A stretch of 36,453 nucleotides of DNA from Batkoa obscura (GCA_030770535.1 JASVEC010000174.1:1-36453); one strand, 5' to 3'. Shown: positions 22,483 to 35,618, counted from the first letter of the stretch. Notes: a model not told the origin generated them from the letters alone. Translations and numbers: made by a program.

Positions 22483-22575
22483 GAGGATGTTTTATTTTAT
22501 CTTATCACTTTCTTCATTTTTGAGTGCTATTCAAATAGAAAGATTATCAGTAAATTTTTTGAAAAATACACCCTT
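22483..22575 (+). mobile_element. Degenerate MITE
   Basis: GAGGATGTTT...GTGCTATTCAAATAGAAAGATT...AAAATACACCCTT. Confidence 0.65.
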
Positions 22576-23007
22576 ACATACCAATAGGCATAGATAAAGT
22601 TTATTAGTTAAATCAATATTTTTAAAAAAGTTAAATTATTTTAGGCTATTAAATAGTTTAAAAAAATACTTGAGTTTTTCAAATAGCGACTAGTTACCTA
22701 ATAAATAAACTTAATAATCTATTTTTCAATACATGGCTTGTATATAAGTTTAATTTCAAAATGTTATGATTACGTTCTTTTATTAAAAATTTAACTAGTA
22801 AGTTTTTAAAATTAGGCTTTCTAAAGTGGACAAAATAATGAGATAAAGGGTAAAGCTTTTAATTTTGGTTCAATGTTTTAAGTTTGAGATAGTGATATCA
22901 TAAGCTCAAACTTATTTTAAGTCACATTAAAATATCCAATAAAAAATAAGTATGGGATCATTATATTAGCATCTAAAATGAGTTAAAACTTTATAGCTTT
23001 GTAAAAA

Positions 23008-24634
23008 ATGTCATACAACAACAATCAAAACAGGGGAAATCAACCATTGATGCCTGGGGAACAATATACTCCTAAATTCCCAGTACCAAATCAAAATCAA
23101 GGGCATTCAAATAATCAACAGTACCAAAACTCAAACCAAGATTACTCTGGTGGCCAGTATAATCAATATCAAAAAGCCAATCAAGATTACCCTGGTAATC
23201 AGTATAATAGATATGAAAATGCTAATCAAGGTTATCCTGGAAATAAGCATAGTCAACCTCATGGACAACAGCAAAATTATAGCCAGAATTCTGGGCAGCA
23301 GCAATATCAAAATTATGGGCAACAGCAGAATCATAACCAGAATTCTGGGCAGCAACAGAGTTTTGGACAAACTTATTTCAATCAACAACAAGAATTCATT
23401 GATAATAACATGAACAATTCACCATTCAACTTCCGTAGTAGAGATCACATGTTTGTTGGAGAAGTAAATGGGCAACAATTACACTTATCTGATTGCAAGT
23501 AAGCTCTATTTTAATTCATTTTATAAAAAATAAACATTTTATAGGGGAAATAAAAAAGCGCTATTAATTGGAATCAATTATTTTGGTACCAAAGCAGAAT
23601 TGAGAGGTAATCAATAAAATAATTGTTTAAAATTATAGCTTAAATTGACTTAGGTTGTATCAATGATGTTAATAATATTGCCAATTTATTGCTACCACGT
23701 TTTAATTTCAACAAACAAAATGTTACTATCTTAACTGATGACCAAAAGGAGCCTATGCGTATCCCAAATTACAATAACATTATTGGTGCTATGAAATGGT
23801 TGGTTGAAGGTGCTCAACCTGGGGACTCTTTATTCTTACATTATTCTGGTAAATTTATTTGCTAATTTGCTATTTGATACTGATATTATTAGGCCACGGT
23901 GGCAGTCAAAAAGATGAAGGTAAGTCATAAATAACATTCTAGTTTAACATATTTATACTTTGTTTAGACGGAGATGAAGAAGATGGTTTTGATGAGACTA
24001 TTTTACCTTTAGATTATGAAGAAAAAGGTCAAATAACCGATGATGTAATTAAATATAGCCATATATATAAGTAATAACATTTTTATAGTTGTTATTCGAT
24101 ATTTTGATCCGTGATTTACCAAAAGGTGTCCGACTTACTGCTATTTTTGACTCATGTCACTCTGGTTCCGTCTTAGACTTACCATTCACTTATAAAAATG
24201 ATGGTACCATCGCAGTTACTGCTAACAGTGATGCTGGTAAAGAATTAGCCTTATCTATCCTTAAAGCAGGTCTCTCTTTCTCTCAAGGAAATCAAGCTGC
24301 TGCCTTAAACTCAGTCGTAGAAGGATTAAGAGGATTTTTAAGTGGTGGTCGTAAATCCCAAGCTCAACTTAATACAGAAAAGAAGAAAGTAGTAGCTGAT
24401 GTTATTCAGTTTGCCGGATGTAGGGATGACCAAACATCTGCCGATGCGGTAATTGCTTCCAAAGCTACTGGCGCTATGTCTTATGCTTTATGTGAAACTT
24501 TAAAACAGAATCCAAATCAAACTTACCTTCAATTATTAAATAGCTTGAGAGGTATCTTGACTGGCAAATATACTCAAATTCCACAAATATCTACTGGATA
24601 TGCTATGGATATTAATAACCCATTTTTTATGTAA
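23008..24634 (+). CDS. MCA1: Type I metacaspase (~465 aa, 6 exons)
   Basis: Exons 23008-23498, 23545-23606, 23654-23848, 23893-23919, 23968-24044, 24089-24634, all GT-AG and frame-consistent. KKALLIGINY, LRGCIND, HYSGHG and DSCHSG catalytic dyad; Q/N/Y-rich prodomain. Confidence 0.95.
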
Positions 24635-24770
24635 TAATATATTTTATATAAATAAAGTTATTGGTTGCCATATTAAATAAATACCTTTTTATGCTATTAA
24701 TTTTTATTAAAGATAATACATCAAAAAAATCAATTAATTTAGAAGCATGTTTAATACAAACAGATAAAGG

Positions 24771-25396
24771 TTAACCTTCTTTCAAACTAGGCTTGATGAT
24801 AACAATTGGGCAATGGACAGAATGAATGATTGAATCCGAGAAAGAGGTAGACCATAATCTTATAATATAAGTAAAGTAAAGATAATTAATATTGGTGTTA
24901 CCTTTGCCAAAAACCAAGATCTCTAGATCCTACAATTAGCAATTCACTGTGGTTTTCTTCTACAAACTTTGAGATTTGATTGTATGGTTCTTCTATTCCC
25001 TTAAGTATTTTGAATTCAACAGGTACATTCTAAAATAAATGTTGTTTGTTAATATTATATTTGTAAATATTACAATTACCAGTTCTTTTTTGAATTGGCT
25101 ACTTAATCTACTCATAAGTGCATCGAATTCTCTCAAATGTTCTTCACCTTCTTTTATAATATATTCAGATACGGATGCGAAGTCAGGCTCTATATATAAA
25201 TTACTATTTTAATATATCTTCTACTTAAATAAGTACCTAAAGCATAGGTTGCAAGGTCCGATTCTACGCAATGAGCGAATAGTAGAGTTAAACTAGTTTC
25301 TTGGGATAATTTTAAGTTCTCTTTGGACCAATTTATTATATTATTCATCAGTTCATCCTGCTTTGGGTTCACACAAATTACGATATTTTTAGCCAT
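24771..25396 (-). CDS. Universal stress protein (USP) family (~161 aa, 4 exons)
   Basis: Exons 25396-25237, 25189-25080, 25029-24902, 24858-24771. KNIVICV N-terminus, LLIVGSRDLG and SFSDSIIHSVHCPIVIIK C-terminus. Confidence 0.88.
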
Positions 25397-25805
25397 CTTA
25401 AAAAAAATTATAGTTCGAGTTTGTTTTATGACTTTTATATGTTTATTCTAAATCTGTGACATCACCCTTAAGAAATTTAAAAATAAGGTTTGAAACTCAA
25501 GCTTAAATGGATAAATAAAATTAAGCTTATTGCCTATTTCATAATTTTTTTTACTTTGAGCATATCAGAAAATGATGTATAAATTTGAAATTAAATACTT
25601 TGGTAATAAAACAATAAAACAATAAAATAATATTATAAATAACGCTTATAATACTGAAGCTATTCAACATGTAAACCTATATTTATAGTATATAATGTAA
25701 AATAAAACTTAGGGTATAGGGGTTGCTTAACTAGGAAGCCAAAAATCAAAATGTAAATCAACTAGAATTTTTCGATTTTTACTTTTGTTAGATCACAGAT
25801 CAAAA

Positions 25806-26705
25806 ATGGCAAAGAGAAAATCAGAAAATAATATTAAGAGAGATGAGAAAGAAATAGAGGAGATAGAAAAGGAGAGAGAAGAGGAAATAGTAGAAGAAAA
25901 GTCAGAGAAAAAAGAATTGGTAGAAGGAGAAGAGGAAGATCTATATAAGCTATTGGAACTAAATAAAGATTGCAATGAAAATGAAATCAAGAAAGCGTAT
26001 TATAAAAAAGCATTAAGATATCATCCAGATAAACAACATAATTTAAAAGAGGAAGATAAGCCCTTAATTTTAAAAAGGTTTCAAAAACTTCAACAAGCGT
26101 ATAATATATTAAGTGACCCATTAAAAAGAAAGAATTACGATTTAGGTGTGCCTATTGAGGGACTAGAATCTATTACCAAGACATTTGAGGAATGGAGTGA
26201 CTACTTTAAAGAAGCTTTTTCAGGGAAAGTTACAGAATCGGCAATTGAAAAATTAAAGGAAGAGTATGTTGGGTCTGAAGAAGAAAAAAATGACATTTTA
26301 AGTTATTACCAAAAATATGAAGGAAACATGGATAAAATAATTGAAAGTGTAATGTTTGCAGATTGTGATAATGAAGACAGAATAACCAATATAATCAAAG
26401 GGTCGGTTGATAAAGATGATAGGCTTTACAAAACATTTAAAAAAACCATCACTACAAAATTTAAGATGCAGCGTAAACTTAGAGAGAAAAAGGAAACCGA
26501 AGAATTCAAAAAGGAAAGCGCCAAGAGTCAATTAGGTAGCTTAGCATTAGCAATAAAGGCTAACCAAAAGGAGCGTGGAAAAATGGCTGATAGTTTCTTT
26601 GATCATTTAGAGCAAAAGTATTCAAAGCAGCCAGAGAAGAAGCGGAATAATCAAAGCTCTTCAAAAAATAAATCCGCAAAAAAAGTTAAAACTAAAACTA
26701 AATAA
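25806..26705 (+). CDS. J-domain protein, DNAJC9-like (299 aa)
   Basis: DLYKLL...IKKAYYKKALRYHPDK J-domain; YVGSEEEKNDIL.YY..YEGNMDKI and SFFDHLEQKY motifs typical of DNAJC9; basic tail. Confidence 0.88.
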   Translation: MAKRKSENNIKRDEKEIEEIEKEREEEIVEEKSEKKELVEGEEEDLYKLLELNKDCNENEIKKAYYKKALRYHPDKQHNLKEEDKPLILKRFQKLQQAYNILSDPLKRKNYDLGVPIEGLESITKTFEEWSDYFKEAFSGKVTESAIEKLKEEYVGSEEEKNDILSYYQKYEGNMDKIIESVMFADCDNEDRITNIIKGSVDKDDRLYKTFKKTITTKFKMQRKLREKKETEEFKKESAKSQLGSLALAIKANQKERGKMADSFFDHLEQKYSKQPEKKRNNQSSSKNKSAKKVKTKTK

Positions 26706-26764
26706 AAGTACCAAATGCTTTTAACTATGCTATTTTATTAATGTCATCATTTTAATTTAATTGT

Positions 26765-27900
26765 TCATGGTCCTAATAATCCTTTAGCTAAAGCAACTTC
26801 TGCATTCAATATACTTGAACCTGCTGCTCCCAAGATGGTATTATGAACCAAAAGTGTAAATTTAAGATCCAAAACACTACAATTACGTATACGACCAACA
26901 GTGATAGAATTTCCACTACCATTTTCACGATCAAGTCTAGGCTGTGGACGATCTTCTTCTTCAGATACATAAATGGCATGACCTGGAGCAGAAGGGCAAT
27001 TAAGTTTCTGTGGGCTGGAAAGATAGGACTCAAAGCATTGCTTGATTTGTGCAGGGGTAGGTGCAGGTCTTCTTTGGAACTTAACAGAAACACACATGGT
27101 GTGACCGTCAACTACAGGTACTCGATTACAAGTAGCGCTGATCTTGAAGCTTTCAGGTAAGTGATTAAAACTTTCTTGAGTGGGTGATATTTGTCCTAAA
27201 ATTTTGCGTGGTTCCCATTCAAGCTTTTCTTCCTCTCCGCTAATTAAGGGCACGATATTATCTAATAAATCTAGTGCACTGCAACCTGGATATCCAGCAC
27301 CAGAAATAGCTTGTAAAGATGTAACAATTACTTGTTCTAATGGACCGAAAGCATCCATAAGAGGTTTTAATCCAACTACTAAACCGGTGGTTGAACAATT
27401 TGCGTTAGTAACTAAAAAGCCCTTAGTAAGACCATGTACCTTCCTTTGATAAGGAATCAAATTTAAATGGTCAGCATTGGTAAGTGGAACAACAAGAGGT
27501 ACACTAGGGTCTCTTCTGTAATTTTTAGCATTTGAGAATACAGCAAAATCAGCCTTCAAAAAGGCCATCTCTTTTTAAAAATAAACAATTGGTGATTATA
27601 AATAGAAATAAAGTTACCAATATCGCCAGCAAACTCAGCATCTAAACCTGAAAAGATAAGATCACAACCAACAAACTTTTCAGGTGAGCATTCTTGTACT
27701 ACCATTCCCTTTACTCTTTCCGGCATACGTTTATTGATCTTCCAACTTGCTGCAGTTTGATAGGCACGCCCAGCTGAACGATGGGAAGCACCTAATCGAA
27801 ATACTTCAAACTGTGGGTGATCCTCTAATAATAAAATAAAACGTTGACCAACGGTACCAGTGGCACCCAGCACTCCCACTTTTAACTTTTCTGATGACAT
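26765..27900 (-). CDS. HOM2: Aspartate-semialdehyde dehydrogenase (~362 aa, 2 exons)
   Basis: Exons 27900-27618 and 27570-26765 (47-nt intron). GVLGATGTVGQRF, NANCST (catalytic Cys), QAISGAGYPG, HNTILGAAG. Confidence 0.96.
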
Positions 27901-28734
27901 TTTCTAAAGTATATTTAAAAAAAATCGAACTTCACTTTTATTAATTTTTATAAAATGACTAACTTTATATCCTCTTTAAATCATCATTTTATTCTTTGTC
28001 TTATTAGCGAATTAGATGATTTGGCAGTTTTTTATACGTAAAGTTAATATTTGATAGTATTTTTCATTTTTTATTGATGGTTTTGGAATTTGTTTTTTAT
28101 CAATATAATACTTTATAATAAATGCCTGTTATATGTTGTTTTATTTATTTTGAACTATAAACACTATCGTATAACAGTTTAAGATCAAGTATTATATAAT
28201 GCTTTTTAATGAGTGGAGGAGTTCTAGGCAGCTGTAAATCTTTCTAAGTTAACAGTTGTCTTGAATGTTTAAAAAATCTATTAGGAATTTGGGCAAATTT
28301 GCCATTCTTAAACTTCGTTGCTCACTCAAAAGTATACAGAATATTTTTAACCCAACTTCACCACTATTATAACAAGCATAATAAAACATAATATTTGAAA
28401 CTAATTTTAGTAAGAGATAAGCAAATGAAATAATTCAATTAAAAATTAATAAAATAATAAAATAACATCAGATTTGACAATAATTACATTATCGAATATA
28501 AAACTTCATTAACCATTGTTATAAATAATTGTAAGCTTAGCTTGGAGGTTTTGCAAATTCGGGGAAAAAACAACCAAAAAGCCAATGAAATCTGTATGGC
28601 CTTGTGGGGGATTAGCGAATCAAAGAGATCAATCAATCCATATGTTGTAAAAGTGGAAAAATGGATAAATATAAGAATAATGAAAAATACTCAAAAATGT
28701 AAAAAAGTTAAGTATTGACTTCTATTTATTAATC

Positions 28735-31700
28735 ATGGTTACTATAGCTTTATTTAATAGTATCTTATTGTTATTGTTAAGTTTTTTAATTTACAAATTT
28801 CGCTATCAATTATTTTATAGCCAAAATATAGTCAATGTAAATAAAGTGGAAGATAAAGAATATAATTTGGTTAATTATATTGAAACTATATTAGATAATG
28901 GACAAACGAGGAAACAAAGGATTAGTCATGATCTTATCAATGATATCTTCATTACTCAATTAAATAACCAGAAGATTAATATTAAAAAATTAAAGCAGTT
29001 CCCCTTAGTAATAAGAGTATTATTACAGTTGGTAAGTAAAGGGCCCATTTGGTTAATCAAATATTTTATGGATGAAGCGGACACATTAAGTATCAATGAG
29101 AGTGAATTGATATCGAGTTATAGGGAAAAGGGCTCAATTTTATTAAACAAAAACAATTTAAAGATTCATCTATGTCACCATAAAGGGAAAGAGTGTGTTC
29201 AATTTAACAGAAGAGTTTTAGAAGCCATTTTGTTAAACTTCCCCGAAGCAAATTTAAACTGTAATAGTTTAGACGTTAATGTTAGAATCAAATGCTTGAT
29301 AAAATTTTACTACCCATTTTAAACTTCATCCGTGGGGCTGGATATTTACATTATCGTCATTTAGTAAATAAAACTATACAATGGGAGAGCCCAAATTTTT
29401 TCAAGGTAATATTGACGTAATGAGCTTTATTAATAATTAACGAAAATAATTCAGTTAGTTGAAAATATTGGAAAAGAGTTAGACTCGGATATATTTAGAA
29501 TTAGAATAAGATTAGCTCATAGTTACATCAATGTGGGTGGCCCGCCTGTCAAAGCAGATTTAGTTATAATAGAGTTTCGATCCACTGTATTTCATTCGGT
29601 TAAAAGTAGAGCTCGATTACAATTGAATAGAGTCAAAATTACATTTGAAGAAGCTAAAAAGAAAGCTAAAGAACATTTAAAAAACATTAATATTGAAAAT
29701 GAAGAATCGTTAATTGCAACTCAAGAAGAAATAATGAATTCATTATGTAAGTTGAAACTTTATAGTTGATTAATTCATTTATTTATATTTTTAGCTGAAG
29801 TTAAAGAAGTTGAAGCTGCTACCCCAGAGGCTTATGCTAACGATAAAAAAATAGCTATTTTATTAGATAATGCATTGGATCGTTTAGGAAAACTTACAAT
29901 TAAAGTAAATAATAATAGTAAATAACTAAAGAAGTTGAGTAACAAATGATAATAGGAAGCATTAAATAATTCGATAGTTACTGTAAGTAATAAGTTTATT
30001 AAAGTAGCATCCAAAAAGTTTTTAGAAGAACAATATCAAATATTATTATCTAAAATTATAGCAAAAAAATTATCATTAGTAAGTAATAGTACCAAATTTT
30101 ATTTAATGTACTCATACCAAATTTTAGAAAGTTGAAGATTTTAATAATAACCCAGGGTTTGAAGAATTTGCAAAGAAACAACATATTCATCGCTATTTAT
30201 ATGTGTTTGGACATGAATTAAATGTAAAGGGCAACACTATTTATATACTATTTGAAGGGGATTTAGCAAAATGGGAGGTAATAAAGTAGTAAAAAACCAA
30301 AAGCAATTAAGTAATGACATAAATAAACAGGAAGTAAAATCGAAATTAAAGTATGATAAAGATGGCAGTTTTCAAGGGCATTATTCTAAGGATGGTCTAG
30401 TCAATTATGGTCTTTATGATTGGGATGAATTTAAACCATTTTATATTGAACGAAATTCGCCACCTAGTTGGGGGAAACGTTATTTATGTGAGATCTGTTC
30501 CTGGATTATTGATAAACCAAGGATTCAAGGGGACCACACCTTCTTAAGATTAAAAACTCCAAAAGGGGAAATATATTCTGTTGGGCAATATGTTCCATCA
30601 AAGGTAACATTAAACTATAAAAAATTTGATTATATTAATAGTAGTAGTTAGGTTATGATAGGTATATGTTCCCAATGTCATTGAAGCCAAGCCGATTTAT
30701 GTCACCAGATGTATCTGAGTTTTGGAATGGGAATTTCACTACGTTATCGTTTGAAATTACTGAAGCTCAATTTAATAAAATGAGACTAAAAGTTGAAACG
30801 GATAAAAAAAAACAAATGCATTTGTATCAAGTAATATAATAGTCGTAGTAATAACATAAGAGTTAATGGTATATGTTATAGGTTTTTATTGATAATTGTA
30901 CTATATGGGCCAAGTCAGTTGCTGAACTTGCAGATCTAGAGTTACCTTCTTCTTTAGCTGTATATGACTTAATATTCCCAAGTGTAACCAACTTTGGTAG
31001 AAAGGTAACGTCATTTTCATAATAGTTATAATTACATTAAACTAATAAACTATTAGATACATCGTTGGAAGTATACACCAAATTTTTTAAAACCTATGAC
31101 TAAATTATTATGGACTCTAATATTAAATAGCTCTGGGTTGTTGTTAGGCAGTGGTATGGTACATTCAGCAGTTAAAAAGAATGAAAATTTTAAAAGTGCT
31201 GTGCCTTACATTAAAAGTTTCAAAGATTTATTTGATGTTAAAAAAGGAGTATCTGAACATCCATTTGTTATTGGCCACTATGTAAAGAACCAAGTAGAAG
31301 ATTGGCGGGCAGCTAAAATCAAACTGTTAAATGAAAAGAAAGATATATTAACTGAGAAGCTAAATGAATTAAAGGGTAAATCTAACCCTGAACTTATCCC
31401 TCCTTTAGTATTAACCGACCCACAAATACCGGTTGAACCTTTATTAGCATTTGATAATGGAGAAGAGGCGTTCTTTGATTCGCCATTACATTCACCTAAT
31501 TTTGAGAGTATTAGTAGTCAAAAAGAAGCCAGATTGATTTATTCGCCTATTCAATCGCCTCACCTTACACCTAATACTAAAGTAAATACCATCAAAGAAT
31601 TAAAGCAGCAAATTCAAATTATTAATTTAACGATTGAGTCCATTCATTATGCTATGCCGGATAAGTTCAGAAAGAACAAAAGAAAGTTATCACATGAATC

Positions 31701-31779
31701 AGTTCCACAAGTTAAAAAACCTCAAAGAATTCCTTTAAATCGCATGTATTCTACTCCAAATATTCATCAAGAAAGTTAA
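28735..31779 (+). CDS. Unknown ~880-aa protein with N-terminal hydrophobic anchor (9 exons; one apparent frameshift)
   Basis: Exons 28735-29405, 29455-29746, 29795-29904, 29956-30078, 30128-30277, 30331-30603, 30648-30830, 30882-31004, 31057-31779 join in frame through 44-53 nt GT-AG introns; one extra base near 29287 is needed. Confidence 0.72.
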
Positions 31780-32665
31780 ACGGGTTGTTATTATTTTGTA
31801 ATAAATATTATATATTGTATGTAACAATCGTGGTTTTTAAAGTTTTACTTGTATTTTATAAACAAAACATACTTAATATTAAACTATTTATCGTTTTTAA
31901 TAATAATTATAAATGCTTTTTTTAATTCTTTGAAATAACTCCCCAATATCAAATAACTTAGTTGTCTTGTGATACAGCTACTGAATAACACTTGTAGTTA
32001 AAGTCCAGTTTATTGTAGTAAGGTATAATTTAGTGATGTATCATAATGTATCTTTTATTTCTCTATTTATTGATAAATTAAAGTTTAGTTTTGTAAAAAA
32101 ATAGTTAACTCTTATAATAAATTATGTAATTATTTCTGTATTATTGACTGATAAAAAAATTTCAACTTTAATTTTTATCTATATAGCTTTAAAATCCAAA
32201 TGGGGCAGGATATAACTTAAAGTGAGAATAACAGAAAAAATAAGTTGTCAAAAGCGAGTTATTAATTCACTGACATTTCTTTATAGTTAATAAATTAATA
32301 TTTTTACTAAACATTAAAGCTGAAACCAAAGACGATAATGCTATAAAGTTGATAAATTTTTAAATTAACGTTAAACTATTTTTGTACCACTTTTAGCTTT
32401 TAATAGATAAATTGTTTAATTTGCTGTTATGATAATACTAAGAATATTACCCATAATAATTATTTACCATTTTTAAAATTGACTTACTATTTACACTAAT
32501 AATCTCAATCAAATATGAACTAAATTTTATTACTAATATTTTATTTTGAATAGTGTTTTCTTTTAGTAATATTTTAATAAATAATCGATATTAAAATTTA
32601 AAATTTTAGTCAATAAAATTAATTTATACAAAACAAATATAGATTGAGAAAATTAAAAAGTTTAT

Positions 32666-33055
32666 TTAAAATAATAAATCTTCACAAGAGTATAAAGTAG
32701 TGTTTAAATTAAAATAGGGGATGCATTCCATTGGTTTTGCTTGATAGATTAGATCTTGGTCGTTATCCTCATTGGCATCGTTCAATTGATTTAAGATGAC
32801 AAAAGATTCTTCACTGATTTCTTCTTCTTCATAATTATCTTCTTCCAACTCATCAAAACAAGAATCCAACCACAACTCCTCGCCTTCTTCTATGGAATTA
32901 AAACTGACATTATCTTCCACCTTATTCTCTTGTTCACTTTTAATATATATATTTCTTAACATTAAATATTTGAATAGACTATTATCATCTACTTTAGAGA
33001 TATTAATTCTATTCAGCTTATTTAAAGTCAAATCTTGTAAGTGTTCCATATTCAT
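32666..33055 (-). CDS. Small acidic protein with SERTA-like N-terminal motif (129 aa)
   Basis: LQDLTLNKL...DNSLFKYLMLRN followed by acidic EELWLDSCFDELEE; clean ATG-to-TAA ORF. Confidence 0.65.
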   Translation of the reverse strand: MNMEHLQDLTLNKLNRINISKVDDNSLFKYLMLRNIYIKSEQENKVEDNVSFNSIEEGEELWLDSCFDELEEDNYEEEEISEESFVILNQLNDANEDNDQDLIYQAKPMECIPYFNLNTTLYSCEDLLF

Positions 33056-35083
33056 CCTTGATTTCTTGATCTTAGTTTCTTTGGTTATTAATAGTTGTTA
33101 TCCTTAAATAAATATACAATAAATGTTTTGTAGAAAATTGTAGCATCTTTAGTTATTATAATTGAGTCTATCTCTTAAATTTAATAGGTATTATAGTATA
33201 GTAGTAATCTTGAAGTTGATTTATTGAGACATGATAGTAGATTTATTTCAAAAGTAAAAGTAAATTGATAAGTGAATTGTTTCTCTTTTTATACTCTATT
33301 TTAGCTGATAACCCAAATTGATTTGCCTAAAAGTTTAAAAGCTTATTGATAAGACAGAATGACTCATTCAAGCTCTGAGGACTGAACTTGTGGTGAATAA
33401 GCTTAGAATTAAATTAAAAACAATTCAAATAATTGTTATTGGCCAATACTTCGATAGCGACTAATCATATTGCTAATATCTGTTATTAAAGTTTACTAAG
33501 TTTATTATCTTTTATCTAAATCAAAGTGGGTGTGACTACTTTTTTTTAATATAACATCATTTTTATATTTATTGGCGCAAAAAGGGGATCTTTTGAAATT
33601 TTTTTAGTTACTGCGGATAAAAAGAATATTTGCAGCAATTTAAAAGGATTCATTTTTAAGCTTATCTAGATTGGCTTATAACCACAAAAATCCATGTAAT
33701 AGTCAGCGATAATGAGAATGGAAATCAACCAATTATGCCATAACTACAGAGTGTTATAAAAATAACCGTTTGTAAGATTTATGTAATTAATTGAAAATTA
33801 ACATTTTTATTAAATTAATTTATTAACCAAGCTATTAAAGCGGGTTTTTATTAACTTTATTCATTTTACCTTTTAGCCTATTGCGCACATTTTTAGATCT
33901 CTTGTTTAGCTTTGATGCCATTTTCATTCAAATTTCACCTTATGATGATACCTGTTCATTCTTAATGTAATTTGTATAAACAACACGAGTTATACAACAA
34001 ACGAATATTTTTTATAGATTCAAGTTTATCAAAAAATTATTCTATTCCTCATTTAAAACTTAAACTTCAATAAAGAACAATTTTGGCTTAATACACTATG
34101 CTTAAAATCAACATTCAGCTTTAGAGTTAGTTTTTGGTCTGAATTCATAAGATCACCTCATAATTCATTTTAAACTCAATTCATACTTTCTGAATGTAAT
34201 AAGTTTTTGTAATTTTGATACAAGTCACTATCATTTTTGGACAAAAACATAAACTTATTTAAAATACCCGATTTTCCAGGTTATATTATCAAGAAATATT
34301 TGAAATATCTCTTTCTTTATTTAAATTTGTTTCGCTTTTAGTCTGGTCATTATCATTTTTGATAAAGATCGGATAAAAGTCTAGTATTCATTAAGCTTAA
34401 AAAACGACTTTAATGACGAAATCAAACTTCTAAATGCACTTTATAAAACATTTAAATATTTAAAAAACAACAGATAATGAGGAGGATAAAAAAATGTACA
34501 TATGCATCATCCATTGTTACTAATTGAAAATAAAATCGCTGATTTAAGATGGGTTATTCGCCCTTTATTACGAAAGAGATTTTATTCTTTCTAACAAACG
34601 GAGTTTTTTTTGTTATTCGCTTATTATGTATATATTTTTTTGAGAGATACATTTCATATTTTTAGTATATATGTTTTTTTAAAGGTATAAATAAAATACA
34701 GTGTAGTAACGTTTCTTATTAGTGTGTGCTCTAGATAACAAGTGTTTTTATATTTACGTTTTAAACAATATTAATCTCTTATATTTTTATATATTTTTGA
34801 AATAAATTAAAGTATATTCATATTCATATTCAATGTTTCAAGTTACGTAATATTATATTATTTTGCTATTTTATCATTCTAACTTTGAATTAGTTAATTG
34901 TCAATATAGTTTTTCAAAGGAGCCCATTTTTTATACAAACCATATATGATTAAACACACAAAATAATATTAATTTAATTAATGAACTGCTTTTTCCTAAA
35001 AAGAACTAGAACTATTTTATTTTATTACTTTATTAGACCTAGATTGAAATTATTTAAATTCAATTTATCGAAATTTAGTATAT

Positions 35084-35180
35084 GCGGGATATGTATTTTT
35101 GTTTAAAGATTTTTACTAACAATCCTTCCACTCAAATAGTGCTTAAAAATGGAAAAAGTAATGAAACCAAAAAAACATCC
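35084..35180 (-). mobile_element. MITE
   Basis: Family core sequence, ATAT on both sides. Confidence 0.8.
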
Positions 35181-35589
35181 ATATACTTTATGCTCTATTA
35201 AAACTAAAATTAGTTTAACTATAGTTTGTTTTGGAACGCCATTTCTATTATAGATAGTTACAATATTTTATTCAAAACAGAATGAATAATTTGAAAATAA
35301 TAGCTTGTCTTATTTATTGAAAAGCTATCAAAAAAGAATTCAAGCTGTAATCTATTATTCAATCACTCTCTTCTTAGTCTTCTTCTGGCTCTCTCTACTA
35401 CCTTATATCTTAGTTATATTTACCTCTAAATAACAAGTTACTTGAGAACTCGTCCCCTTTCAAGATTTTAAAAAGATCAACTTATTACATTGAAAAATTT
35501 TCCTGGCTTAGTATTTTGTTCAATTTTTGATTAGATGAAATTTTGAAAAGATTACTAGTTAATTTTAAGCTAAAAAATTAAGACTACAT

Positions 35590-35618
35590 GGGGATGTTTT
35601 TTTGATTTCATTATTTTC
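35590..35618 (+). mobile_element. MITE 5' fragment
   Basis: ACAT followed by GGGGATGTTTTTTTGATTTCATTATTTTC. Confidence 0.55.

Noticed and set aside
23131..27449. Overlapping or antisense ORFs over MCA1, the J-protein gene and HOM2
   Set aside because: Shadows of real coding sequence in other frames.
28200..28640. Slightly GC-richer patch between HOM2 and the 28735 gene that may be decayed coding DNA
   Set aside because: Stops in frame and no identifiable motif.
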